Sequence record: NC_049850.1 | Direction: 5' to 3' (one strand) | DNA length: 64,000 bases | In this document: piece after piece, positions 1 to 9,303 of the stretch | Position numbering within the stretch: the first letter of the stretch is position 1 | Layout: each line of letters starts with the position of its first letter | Notes under the pieces: generated by a model | The model's input: the letters and a program-made list of their open reading frames with translations, nothing else | Told to the model about the DNA's origin: nothing | Database searches by the model: none | Program-made: the position numbers and the translations under genes

Positions 1-2
1 TG

Positions 3-1043
3 AAAGTCATCACGCGTCTCGCACCGCCAGTGAGCGGTGCAATCACGCTCGAATCGACGGGCGCGGTTCTCAAGGTCCACAGTCAGGCCGAACTGAGCCG
101 CTGTTCCGTCACGCTTCCGTGTGAAGTGGAAGGCGAAATGCTGATCGCGGTTCCGACCGAAGCGATCAGCGCGGCTGTAAAGGGCCACGATTCCGTGGAA
201 CTGGAATTGAAGCAATCGCTTCTCCGGATCACAGACGGCGCGTACAATACGCGACTCACTACACAAGACGCGCTCGAACTCGAAATCGAAGAAGACAAGA
301 GCGATGCGAAAGTCTGGAAGGTGAGTGCTGAGCAGCTTGCGGAATTGCACTCCATGGTCAAGGCCGTGGCACTGAAGCCCGTGGCCAACATGGCTACGTC
401 CATCATGCCGATCTCGATCCGGCTGACGAAGAAGGGCGCGTTCGTTGCCTGCTACGACGCGAACCGTATGTGTTTCATGCAGAGCAAAGATTTGGTAGGA
501 GACCTTGACATCACGGTCCCGCTCGACCTCATGAGCGCGGTGCTCGACTCGTTCAAGGGTGCGTCCTGTACGATCAAGGTCACGGACTCGTTGGTCTATG
601 TCCAGAACCCCGTGCTCGATGTGGTGCTCGCGCTCCCGGCCTCCGATGAAGACGCGGTGATCGACACGGACATGGTGCAGGAGAAAGCGCGCGAGGTCCG
701 CAAGGTAGACGGCACGGTCATCGAGATCGTGAAGAAGGACATCATGGCGTTCATGGACAACGCACGGGCCGTCGCAACCAAAGAGCGCTCGGAACTCGCG
801 ATCACTACCGACAAGGGCAAGATCGGGCTGCTGGTCAAGACCACGAACGGCGTGTCGAAAACAAGCATCGGTGGCGGAGTCACCGCGAAGCTCTCGATGA
901 AGGCCGACTTCGAATTCTTGGACGAGACGCTGCGCAAGTGCTCCGATCAAGTCCAGATCAAGTTTGTGGACGACGCGCAGTCCTTCATCATGGTCAAGGC
1001 CGCAAACGGCGTGTATTCGCTGGTTGCACTCAATCAGGACTAA
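3..1043 (+). CDS. DNA polymerase sliding clamp, beta-clamp-like (probably 5'-truncated by the window edge)
   Basis: About 340 aa with the alternating strand/helix pattern of a three-domain clamp; heads a replication block; frame is open back to base 3. Confidence 0.6.
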   Translation, partial: KVITRLAPPVSGAITLESTGAVLKVHSQAELSRCSVTLPCEVEGEMLIAVPTEAISAAVKGHDSVELELKQSLLRITDGAYNTRLTTQDALELEIEEDKSDAKVWKVSAEQLAELHSMVKAVALKPVANMATSIMPISIRLTKKGAFVACYDANRMCFMQSKDLVGDLDITVPLDLMSAVLDSFKGASCTIKVTDSLVYVQNPVLDVVLALPASDEDAVIDTDMVQEKAREVRKVDGTVIEIVKKDIMAFMDNARAVATKERSELAITTDKGKIGLLVKTTNGVSKTSIGGGVTAKLSMKADFEFLDETLRKCSDQVQIKFVDDAQSFIMVKAANGVYSLVALNQD

Positions 1044-1045
1044 CG

Positions 1046-1444
1046 ATGGAACAGACACAAGAATGTCGGCTGTACGTGCCGATGGAGCCGTACCTTTTCT
1101 ATGAGTCGGAAGGCGGGTACGCTCTGAACAAGGGGCCGCACACGCTGCCGCAGGATGCAGTCCTCAAAATCGGCGGCCCCATTCCGCTGTCCTGCATGTT
1201 CGATTGCTTCTGGCTACTGCACGAAGGCCAGAAGGTTGGCTACTACTTCCGCACCTCGTTTCAGGTGCAGAACGGTGGTGGCTATATCTGCGCCTACATG
1301 GGTGCTGCACGCGGACAGGCAGACAAGGTAGAAATCCTGCTGAACACCGAAGACCTCGTGGTGTTCCACTATCCGGGCAAGGGCACGATGATCATCAGCC
1401 CGCATGTCGGGCGAGAGGTCAACCAGATTTTTACAGAACAGTGA
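1046..1444 (+). CDS. hypothetical protein
   Basis: ATG 3 nt after the clamp stop; phage-like codon use. Confidence 0.75.
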   Translation: MEQTQECRLYVPMEPYLFYESEGGYALNKGPHTLPQDAVLKIGGPIPLSCMFDCFWLLHEGQKVGYYFRTSFQVQNGGGYICAYMGAARGQADKVEILLNTEDLVVFHYPGKGTMIISPHVGREVNQIFTEQ

Positions 1445-1665
1445 TGAACATATTGATCTACATGGTGGCCGTTGTAGTGACGGCCATACTGGCAGGGGCG
1501 GCCGGCGTGGCGGGTGCGTGGTTCGCGACCCGCAAGCAAACGGAACTGGTATCGGCCGTGGTGCCGGGCCTCATTGGCTTTGGTGTAGGCTTCCTATCTG
1601 TCATGGTCACGATCTCGCTGCTCACTGACTATTTGTTCGCAAAAGGGTACATTCATGGCCACTGA
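1444..1665 (+). CDS. small membrane protein (2 TM)
   Basis: MNILIYMVAVVVTAILAG...; two hydrophobic stretches; coupled to the previous stop. Confidence 0.7.
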   Translation: MNILIYMVAVVVTAILAGAAGVAGAWFATRKQTELVSAVVPGLIGFGVGFLSVMVTISLLTDYLFAKGYIHGH

Positions 1666-2197
1666 ATCCGATCTCGCGTCATTTCTCGACGACTTGAAAG
1701 AGGACGCGAAATTCAAGAAGTTTCGGCTGATCTTGAAGAACACGCGCGAGAAGATGAAGATCGAGCGCGACAGGGCCGAGGCGTTGGGCCTCATGGCAAA
1801 CCGGACCTCGCGCTCGCTGCACGGCCGCAAGCAGTTCAGCCCGAAGTCGTTGCTCGAAGCCACGTCGAACGACCTGAGTGCCCGCGCGCGGCTCGTCGAG
1901 ATTCGTGTGCGTGCCAAGGTCAACATCGATCTGCTGGTAGAAGCCTGCGACGCGCTGCGAAACCACATCTACACCGAGTACGCGGACGAGATTCGACAGT
2001 TCGGATCGTCGGCAGAGCAACGCAAGGCACTGGTGGAGCGAGTGCAGGGCACGGCCCGCACCATGATCGTCGAGGCTAACGCCATGATCGACATGCTCGA
2101 CCAGATCATCAAGGACATCGACAGCGCGAGCCATCACCTGCGTCACATGGTGGACGTGCTCAAGCTGCTGGATGGCAGCAAGGGGAAGATCGTATGA
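1655..2197 (+). CDS. helical coiled-coil protein, possibly UvsY-like recombination mediator
   Basis: 180 aa all-helical heptad pattern; lies upstream of a UvsW-like helicase as uvsY does in T4-like phages; function is inference. Confidence 0.4.
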   Translation: MATESDLASFLDDLKEDAKFKKFRLILKNTREKMKIERDRAEALGLMANRTSRSLHGRKQFSPKSLLEATSNDLSARARLVEIRVRAKVNIDLLVEACDALRNHIYTEYADEIRQFGSSAEQRKALVERVQGTARTMIVEANAMIDMLDQIIKDIDSASHHLRHMVDVLKLLDGSKGKIV

Positions 2198-2424
2198 TCT
2201 GGACAGTGATACACGCTATCCTGAGCGGCATCGGCTGGTACTTCTGGGCGCTGTTCGGCATCTTCGTGATCGCGCTCGGCGGCATCAGTGGGTTCTTCAG
2301 TGGCATGCTGTTCGCATGCTTTGACGCCAAGGATGGCCGCGAAGCCCCGATGATCGTGTTCGGTACGCTGCTCGGGGTGGCAACCTCCCTCATCATCTAC
2401 TGCAACTACGCACCACACCCATGA
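2194..2424 (+). CDS. small membrane protein (2 TM)
   Basis: Hydrophobic segments; ATGA overlap. Confidence 0.7.
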   Translation: MIWTVIHAILSGIGWYFWALFGIFVIALGGISGFFSGMLFACFDAKDGREAPMIVFGTLLGVATSLIIYCNYAPHP

Positions 2425-2819
2425 TCGACAAGTTCTACGAATGGCTGCGCGGTGAAATCCTGCCCGAGCTATGGGAGCACTACAACCTACGCCGTGGGCC
2501 CGGGCCGCGAGAAATCGTTGGCCCCGTGCACTGCTGTGTTTTGGTCGAGCGGCCTTCGGGCCCATTCGAATTGATGGTGCTGCGCCAAGACGACAAGGCC
2601 GTGCGCTACGCCACTTATCTGGCTTCGCTGTACGCTAAGTACTGGATCGAGAAGGCACCGGCTCCGGGCCCGTGCCGACTCCGGCTGCACGGCGTGCTGG
2701 CACGTGCCGCCATCATAAACATGGACACGTCGTTCTCCTACGAATTCGACGACGGCATCACCATCGGGGGCGAGACGCCCTCAACCACTACCGTAACCCT
2801 GACTCGGACCCAACGATGA
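2421..2819 (+). CDS. hypothetical protein
   Basis: ATGA overlaps at both ends. Confidence 0.7.
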   Translation: MIDKFYEWLRGEILPELWEHYNLRRGPGPREIVGPVHCCVLVERPSGPFELMVLRQDDKAVRYATYLASLYAKYWIEKAPAPGPCRLRLHGVLARAAIINMDTSFSYEFDDGITIGGETPSTTTVTLTRTQR

Positions 2820-3295
2820 GCACTATCATCCTTCGAAACAACAACACGGGCATCGACGCATGCGCGTGCCTCGACCGTGACACCAACACGATTCTGGCGT
2901 CGATTACGGCCGATCAGATCATGAGCCCGATTGGTGCGATCCAGTTCACGCCGGGGGTCCTGAGCGATCAGGCGCAGTTCATCAAGACCCTGCAATTCAT
3001 CCGTATGGAGTGCCAACTTTCGTACGGCGGTCGCATGCGACTGAAGCTGGAGGACACGCAGGCCGTGGCATTCGCGCTCGCGATGTCTGGCCTCGTCGAC
3101 TCGACTGACGAGACCGTGGTGCTTGCGTGGACGAACCTGACGTTCGAACTCACGCTCTCCAGCGTGACGGATACTGGAGCCCAGCAGTCGATCCGTTTCG
3201 TCGGTCAGAACTTGGCTGGCATCAAGAACATCGTGCGCGCCCAGAACGTGACGCTGTTCATTTCGGCCAAGAGCGCGTGGCCCATCGGTGGCTGA
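2816..3295 (+). CDS. hypothetical protein
   Basis: MSTIILRNNN...; ATGA overlap. Confidence 0.75.
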   Translation: MSTIILRNNNTGIDACACLDRDTNTILASITADQIMSPIGAIQFTPGVLSDQAQFIKTLQFIRMECQLSYGGRMRLKLEDTQAVAFALAMSGLVDSTDETVVLAWTNLTFELTLSSVTDTGAQQSIRFVGQNLAGIKNIVRAQNVTLFISAKSAWPIGG

Positions 3296-4829
3296 GGTAA
3301 AGCCAATCACGGTGCACGCCCGTGAGGCTTTCTTCATCAAAAAGCAGGACCTCCCATTGGACGTGCGGGAGGAACTGATCGAGAAGTACAAGTTCCGGTT
3401 CTACGAAGACAAGTCGTGCAGGCAGTGCGAATTCTTCGAAGACCGGCACTCGGATGCCTGTGACAACTGCGGCGCGTTCTTGGGCGGTGCCGACCTAGCG
3501 TCTGTCGTCAAGATGGGCGAGAAGGACTTCATCAAGACGCCTCTGGGTGACGCGGGTGGCCTGAAGCAAGTGCTCGAAAAGAGCGACATCCAGTTCAAGT
3601 TCAAGAAGCACTTCCCGGACAAGACGTTCAGTAGGCCGATCAAGTTCACGGGCACGCTGAAGGACTATCAGCCGGGGGCCGTGGAAGCGATCCTGAAGCG
3701 CAAGCGCGGGGTCCTGAAGGCACCACCGCGTTCGGGCAAGACCGTGATGGGCGCGGCGGCCGTATGTCAACTCGGCAAGAAGACGATCATCATGGCGTCT
3801 CAGCGTGAGTGGATCATGGGCTTCCAAGAGACGTTCATCGGGTCCGACACGCAGGCCGCGCTGACCGACTGCCGCAAGGACAAGATCGGTTTGTGCAAGA
3901 CGTACGAAGATTTTCTGAAATACGATATCTGCCTCGTTACGTGCCAGACTTTCTGGAGTGATAAAGGTCGGAAGCTTTTGCGCAAGGTTCGCGACATGTT
4001 CGCGATGTTGCTCGTCGACGAAATCCACACGGGTGCGGCACCGAAGTACGCATCGGTTATCGCGGCCCTGAACTGCGAATACAAGATCGGGCTCAGCGGC
4101 ACGCCGAACCGCAAGGACGGCCGGTACGTGCTGATGCGGAACCTGATGGGTCCGGTGATTGCCGATATCAAGGTCGAGCGCTTGCGTCCGCACGTGCGTC
4201 TCGTCAAGACCGCGTATTCGCAGAACACGAAGGGGCAGGTGCAGTGGACGCGACTGGTATCCGGAATCGAGAACAACCCACAGCGCCTGAAGCTGATTGC
4301 TGAGTGGGCGGTGAAGGACGCGAACAACGGCCACATGATCCTGATCCCGATGGCGCTGACGAAGCCGATTAAGGCGTTGGTGGCCGCCATCAACAAGATC
4401 GCGGGTGCCGAGATCGCAAAGCCGTTCCTTGGGTCCGGCTCGATGAAGAAGACGGATCGAGACCGCATCCTTCAGGAAGCGCGCCAGTACAAGATCAAGG
4501 TGCTGGTGGGGACGACGAAGCTGCTGACGACTGGCACGAACATTCCGCGTGCCTCGGCCCTGTACCTGCTCACCCCGTCCTCCAACATGGAGAACGCGGA
4601 ACAGCGTGGGGCCCGGGTGCTGACGCCGTTCGAGGGCAAGCCAACGCCGATCTGGCGTATCTTCCTCGACAACGTTGGCGTAAGTCGTCGATGCCTAGCG
4701 AATGAGTGGTGGGGTTGCATGAAGCCGAAGTTCAAGCCGGTCATGACCGACAAGGACGAGAAGATGTTGCTCGATTACCTGAAGCAGAAGGGTAACGGTG
4801 GCTCGATGGAAGGTCGCATCGAACTGTAA
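3288..4829 (+). CDS. uvsW: UvsW-like SF2 DNA helicase with N-terminal CxxC...CxxC zinc finger
   Basis: APPRSGKT (motif I), LLVDEIH (II), GLSGTP (III), TGTNIP (V), EQRGARVL (VI); CRQC and CDNC near the N-terminus. Confidence 0.85.
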   Translation: MAEVKPITVHAREAFFIKKQDLPLDVREELIEKYKFRFYEDKSCRQCEFFEDRHSDACDNCGAFLGGADLASVVKMGEKDFIKTPLGDAGGLKQVLEKSDIQFKFKKHFPDKTFSRPIKFTGTLKDYQPGAVEAILKRKRGVLKAPPRSGKTVMGAAAVCQLGKKTIIMASQREWIMGFQETFIGSDTQAALTDCRKDKIGLCKTYEDFLKYDICLVTCQTFWSDKGRKLLRKVRDMFAMLLVDEIHTGAAPKYASVIAALNCEYKIGLSGTPNRKDGRYVLMRNLMGPVIADIKVERLRPHVRLVKTAYSQNTKGQVQWTRLVSGIENNPQRLKLIAEWAVKDANNGHMILIPMALTKPIKALVAAINKIAGAEIAKPFLGSGSMKKTDRDRILQEARQYKIKVLVGTTKLLTTGTNIPRASALYLLTPSSNMENAEQRGARVLTPFEGKPTPIWRIFLDNVGVSRRCLANEWWGCMKPKFKPVMTDKDEKMLLDYLKQKGNGGSMEGRIEL

Positions 4830-4839
4830 GGAGTTGATA

Positions 4840-5202
4840 ATGAGGATTCACAAGCGGATGCCCGCGCGGCTCCGGAAGAAGTTGATGCAGAAGCAGCGGC
4901 CGTTTGGCACATACACCAGCACGCGGGGTGTTGCCATTCTCGATGCCATCATCGGTAAGGAATTGCCCGGCGTTGGTATCGAAAACACCATCCAGAAATG
5001 CCGCGCCATGTTCGACGAGCGTGCTAACATAGACGCAGAGGCACGTGCGCGGGCCGAGCGTGTTGGACTGGCTGATGAGTACAACGAGCAGCAGTACTGG
5101 CCAGAAGTTCCGGCAGGGGACCGCGTGGACCTGAAGCGTGGCCGCCGTGGTGGCACTGTAGTGGAATTCGGCGTGGGTGATATCCACGTCTGGTCCAAGT
5201 GA
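4840..5202 (+). CDS. hypothetical protein with basic N-terminus
   Basis: AAGGAG SD then ATG; MRIHKRMPARLRKK. Confidence 0.75.
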   Translation: MRIHKRMPARLRKKLMQKQRPFGTYTSTRGVAILDAIIGKELPGVGIENTIQKCRAMFDERANIDAEARARAERVGLADEYNEQQYWPEVPAGDRVDLKRGRRGGTVVEFGVGDIHVWSK

Positions 5203-5212
5203 CGCAGTAAAT

Positions 5213-5248
5213 AAGAGGGGCGGACACCCTAGTGTCTTGCCCCTTTTA
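5213..5248 (+). terminator. Rho-independent terminator
   Basis: GGGGCGGACAC-CCTA-GTGTCTTGCCCC followed by TTTTATTTT. Confidence 0.8.
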
Positions 5249-5301
5249 TTTTGTGTACGAATGGTGTATAGTGCGCGCAGCACACTAACAGACGAGGACT
5301 G

Positions 5302-6078
5302 ATGGAAGCAATCAAGGGCGGGGCTCAGGGCCCCCGGCGCGGGCGTGGCCCGTACCGCAAGAAGGAAACGCCGGTCAAATACGACCCGGCCGATGACATC
5401 GCGAACGAGACACCGGCACCTGATATCGACGACGAACCCGCACCGAAGGCCAAGAAAGTAGAGGTCGAGGGTGCCGTATGTTCGGTCCCGATGCCCAAGG
5501 TGATTGAGGTGAAGCGGACGCCCGGTGTGCTGGGCGTCGTACCCGGCTGGGTATGGCGGTGCTCGAAGTTCCGGTGGCAACCGCGTGATTTCGGAACCGA
5601 GAACGAGAGGTTGCGCGAACGCGTGATCGACAGCAGCGTTCAGGACAGTAGCCTGTGCCGATTCCTCGAAGACCCGACAACGCCCATGACGTACTGTGTG
5701 GCCGGTTCTCCGGACGACCGGCAGGCCCTGTACTTTGCGGCCTATCTGGTGTCCGAGTTCCAGCGGCGTAGCCACAACGCAGTCGTCTGGCACAATCTGT
5801 ACGGAGGGTTCGACAATCCCGTGCTCAAGAAGTACGACGATGACTCGAACATCCCGGACCCGGGCTTGCTGGTGCTCACGAACCTGAGCCCGCAAGCCAC
5901 AAACACAAAGCTGGACAAGACGCGCGACCTGCTCACGCGTTTTGCTGGTATCCCGCGTATCCTCGTGGTGGCAGGCGAGGACCCGATTTCTTTCTGCGCA
6001 GCGCGCCTCAACGTCGAGGTCAATGCGATTGCGTATTTCCGTGGCAACACGTTGAAGCAACGAGTAGAGGTGATTTGA
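5302..6078 (+). CDS. DnaC/IstB-like helicase-loader-fold protein with degenerate Walker motifs (tentative)
   Basis: Secondary-structure pattern YCVAGSPDDRQALYFAA ... LLVLTNL ... RILVVAG resembles an AAA+ loader core but has no GKT and no DD; replication context. Confidence 0.4.
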   Translation: MEAIKGGAQGPRRGRGPYRKKETPVKYDPADDIANETPAPDIDDEPAPKAKKVEVEGAVCSVPMPKVIEVKRTPGVLGVVPGWVWRCSKFRWQPRDFGTENERLRERVIDSSVQDSSLCRFLEDPTTPMTYCVAGSPDDRQALYFAAYLVSEFQRRSHNAVVWHNLYGGFDNPVLKKYDDDSNIPDPGLLVLTNLSPQATNTKLDKTRDLLTRFAGIPRILVVAGEDPISFCAARLNVEVNAIAYFRGNTLKQRVEVI

Positions 6079-6419
6079 TGGCAGTAGTCAGAACCGCGCT
6101 GTACATTCAGGACCTGCTGGGTCCGCTGCACGAAGCGTACGTCGACTTTCATTACCAGCACGGCCGCAACCTGAAAAACGATCCGGACCTTACCCGCGTG
6201 TTGCGCGAGACCATTACGAAGGTGTTGGAGACGAACCTAGCGTTAGGCATCATGTGGGGGCTGTACGTGGGCGACTACAGCACGAGCCGAGCCGTGAACG
6301 TGAACGGCAAATGGGAACCCAACTGCGCGGTGCGTGTGTCCATCGACCTGTACGACGTTCGATTCATCATCGACCTGTCGAGCGTAGGTCCCGTCCTCAG
6401 CATGGAGGACGTGGCATGA
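6078..6419 (+). CDS. hypothetical protein
   Basis: TGATG overlap. Confidence 0.75.
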   Translation: MAVVRTALYIQDLLGPLHEAYVDFHYQHGRNLKNDPDLTRVLRETITKVLETNLALGIMWGLYVGDYSTSRAVNVNGKWEPNCAVRVSIDLYDVRFIIDLSSVGPVLSMEDVA

Positions 6420-6697
6420 GGATCACGATCAGCACCGAGTACAAGCTGTCGGTCATCAGCGAATGGAAGTGGCTGAACGGCCAGAAGTCGATCAGCTTCA
6501 TCGACGGGAGCCCGCGTATCCTGCTGGGCGGCCGCGAGTCCGTAGCGTTCCCGGTGGAAGTGGGCAACATCTACATGCGGGACCCGAAGAACCCGGGCCT
6601 CGATTACAAGATCGTGCGGCCCCGCGATCTCAAGAGCTTCGTCTCGGACGAGACTTATGCTAAAATTCTCGAACTTCAACAGGAGGTATGGAAATGA
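6416..6697 (+). CDS. hypothetical protein
   Basis: GGAGG SD; ATGA overlap. Confidence 0.75.
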   Translation: MRITISTEYKLSVISEWKWLNGQKSISFIDGSPRILLGGRESVAFPVEVGNIYMRDPKNPGLDYKIVRPRDLKSFVSDETYAKILELQQEVWK

Positions 6698-8529
6698 CCG
6701 AAACTCAACTGGACCAGATACGCTCGGACGCTCTTGACCTGACCATCAAGAGCGCGACTCTGGTTGTCGAGGGTTACCTACGCAACAACATCAACGAGAC
6801 GGGCCAGAAGCTGCACGGTGGTGTGACGGCACTGATGCTGGAACGATTCTTTCTCTACTGCTCCGTCGTCATCGTTAAGGAATCGGGGCGCGTGCGTGCC
6901 TCGGTGGAGGGCACGCTTCGTGCGTTCCCTACCGATGAACTGTCCTTTCAACGCAAATTCGAAGTGGAAGTCCTGAACGTGGAAAAACCCATCTACATCA
7001 ACGGTGAAAAAGCGGAACGCGCTATCTGCGCGGCATTCGTGATAGCGAGCGCGGCATGCCCAACGTCGCAGGAAGTGGAGGCCACGATGCACCGCGAGAT
7101 TCGGGCGCAGGGCATTCGCAACTACCACCTTGAGTTGGGCGATCAGCCGACGCTCATACTCCGCGCGGACCCGGAGCGCGGGCTCTACGCAACGTGCACC
7201 ATCAATCTATTCAACAGTTCGTCGGTCGCGGAAGCGCCGGTCGCTGTCACACTGGTGGACGAGAAGCGCAAGAGCAACATCATCGAGGACGATGCACGTG
7301 AGGCTGCAACCGTCGTGTCCAAGTACGCGCGCAATATGGCGTACACACTGCGCCGTAGCAGTCCGGCTCAGGTGCGTGCGGGGCTCACGGCGCAGGTCGA
7401 GCAAGCGTTCAGTGAAAAGTTCACGGACATCATGACGAATGTGCGCGTCTACGACGACGTGTCCGGTGCCGAGTTCGAGGTCACGGCCCGTCACCGGCTC
7501 ATGCAGGCCGTGCACCACATCAAGTTCCACGTGGATTTCGTGCACGAATTGAACATCGCGGAACTGCGCTCGGCTCTCGACACGGCCTTCCGCATCAGTG
7601 TCGGTGCCCGCTGTGGCAACGACCACAACGCGCATCACGACAAGATCAAGCAGGACCTGACGGACGCGGCGTACGCATACGATGAGCACATCCAATGTGC
7701 GTTTTCGTTGCTCTCGTCTGCGGCTGGCCTGCAATGCGTTGTCACTGTAGTGGACCCCGAGTATGACCGCGTACCGGATTCATCCGTGGCGTTCGCACTG
7801 TTCGTTCCGGTGGCTGGCATACAGGAGCCGGGAATGGTAGAGCGCGACCCGTACGAGTTGGTCGAGTCGGGTCACGGCGGCATGAAGGTGGCGCTCGCGA
7901 AGCTGGACGATGACGACGTGGAAGACGATCTCGATGAAGGTGATAGTGAGGGATGTCAGTCCGAAGAGCCGCAAGTCGAGTACGACGTGCCGTCGCGTGG
8001 TATGGCAGTCGATATGGCGGCCAATGCATCCCGCCTGCAATCGCAGTTGAGCAAGGACTCGGCCTTCGCGTGGTCGTGGCACGACCAATACGCGCAGTCG
8101 ATCCTGCCGTTCATGACGGGCAACAAGCCGGACAAGTTCCTGACTGCGCACAGCATAGCCCGGCAGATCATGATCAACACGTGGGGCATCGATCCGAAGA
8201 AGTTGCGTGAATGGCGTACCGGCGTCGAGTACAAAGCCGAATGCCTCGAACACGAGCGTCAGGCGCAGTGCGAAGACCGCGACCGCAAATGGAAGCTGGT
8301 GTACGGCACATGCAAGAGCGCGTTCAAGGCTGGTGTCGCTTATGACGACATCAAGACCCTGCTGGAGCATGTGGGCGACTCGCTCGGTGACGAGTGGAGT
8401 GTCGAAGTCTGGTTCTCGGAACCTCGCGTAGGCGAGCGTTCGCGAGGCACCGCCCACATCGAAATCATCAACAGCGCAAACCCGGAACTGACGTTCTCGG
8501 GTGAGTGCACGGACTGGGAGAAGGATTGA
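6688..8529 (+). CDS. large hypothetical protein (613 aa) with an acidic linker
   Basis: Long ORF, AGGAGG SD; no motif recognised. Confidence 0.85.
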   Translation: MEMTETQLDQIRSDALDLTIKSATLVVEGYLRNNINETGQKLHGGVTALMLERFFLYCSVVIVKESGRVRASVEGTLRAFPTDELSFQRKFEVEVLNVEKPIYINGEKAERAICAAFVIASAACPTSQEVEATMHREIRAQGIRNYHLELGDQPTLILRADPERGLYATCTINLFNSSSVAEAPVAVTLVDEKRKSNIIEDDAREAATVVSKYARNMAYTLRRSSPAQVRAGLTAQVEQAFSEKFTDIMTNVRVYDDVSGAEFEVTARHRLMQAVHHIKFHVDFVHELNIAELRSALDTAFRISVGARCGNDHNAHHDKIKQDLTDAAYAYDEHIQCAFSLLSSAAGLQCVVTVVDPEYDRVPDSSVAFALFVPVAGIQEPGMVERDPYELVESGHGGMKVALAKLDDDDVEDDLDEGDSEGCQSEEPQVEYDVPSRGMAVDMAANASRLQSQLSKDSAFAWSWHDQYAQSILPFMTGNKPDKFLTAHSIARQIMINTWGIDPKKLREWRTGVEYKAECLEHERQAQCEDRDRKWKLVYGTCKSAFKAGVAYDDIKTLLEHVGDSLGDEWSVEVWFSEPRVGERSRGTAHIEIINSANPELTFSGECTDWEKD

Positions 8530-8903
8530 TGCTGAAATACATGCGTGGCTTTGACTGTCTGGGTGTTTCCACGGTAGAGGCCACGGGCCCGACCGAGGAA
8601 GATTACGCGCGGCTGAACGAGAAGATGGCGCGCGAGCAACGGGACTTCGATCTGATGGCCGCCGAGATCGGCAGTCTTCAGCTTGCGGGGACCGCCGACC
8701 GCATCAACGAGGTCGTGTACGAGGTGGCCAAGCGCTATTTCAAGGAAGTGGCGCTTGTCTGGAACCTGAACGACATCTGTGTGGCCGTGCTCGACGCTGA
8801 ACTCGAAATGATGGTGTGGATTCCGTTTACGAAGTTCGGCCCGATGTTTGCAATCGGTGCCGAAGTCGATCCGTATTCGAAAATCGCGCTGGGGAAGAAC
8901 TGA
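8529..8903 (+). CDS. hypothetical protein
   Basis: TGATG overlap. Confidence 0.75.
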   Translation: MLKYMRGFDCLGVSTVEATGPTEEDYARLNEKMAREQRDFDLMAAEIGSLQLAGTADRINEVVYEVAKRYFKEVALVWNLNDICVAVLDAELEMMVWIPFTKFGPMFAIGAEVDPYSKIALGKN

Positions 8904-8934
8904 TGCGAGATTGCTACTTCATGGGCACGGGCGG

Positions 8935-9267
8935 ATGAACGCACATCAGAGACGTATTCGACGCCGGGCCGCATTTGGCTATCCGGTGGTTCGTGCACTC
9001 AAGGGCTGCCTGCGCAAGCTCCGGGCCGGGGACATTACGATGGACCCGGTGCCGATTTTCCCGATCCCACCCGTACCCGGGCACGCGATCCCGCTGATGG
9101 TGTTCGACTGGATGGACGCGGACCCGGCGTTTGCGGCCGACGTGCGCATGGCCGTGGCCCCGCGTGAAGCACGAGTCCAGTTCACGGTGCCGCGCATGGA
9201 CCCAGACATGGAGCGCATGGTGCAGGACGAGTACACGGAGCATCTGCGCCGCACCCTGTCCAAGTAA
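8935..9267 (+). CDS. hypothetical protein
   Basis: MNAHQRRIRRR N-terminus of a kind common in phage ORFs. Confidence 0.65.
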   Translation: MNAHQRRIRRRAAFGYPVVRALKGCLRKLRAGDITMDPVPIFPIPPVPGHAIPLMVFDWMDADPAFAADVRMAVAPREARVQFTVPRMDPDMERMVQDEYTEHLRRTLSK

Positions 9268-9303
9268 ATAGGTAGTTCCGATCAACCTGTAAATCAAAAA
9301 CGA

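Noticed and set aside
9288-9294. TGTAAAT before dnaB (also 15573-15579 and 36909-36915 on the minus strand) as a phage late/middle promoter
   Set aside because: About 2-3 copies of this 7-mer are expected by chance on both strands of 64 kb at this GC content, and distances to start codons are inconsistent.
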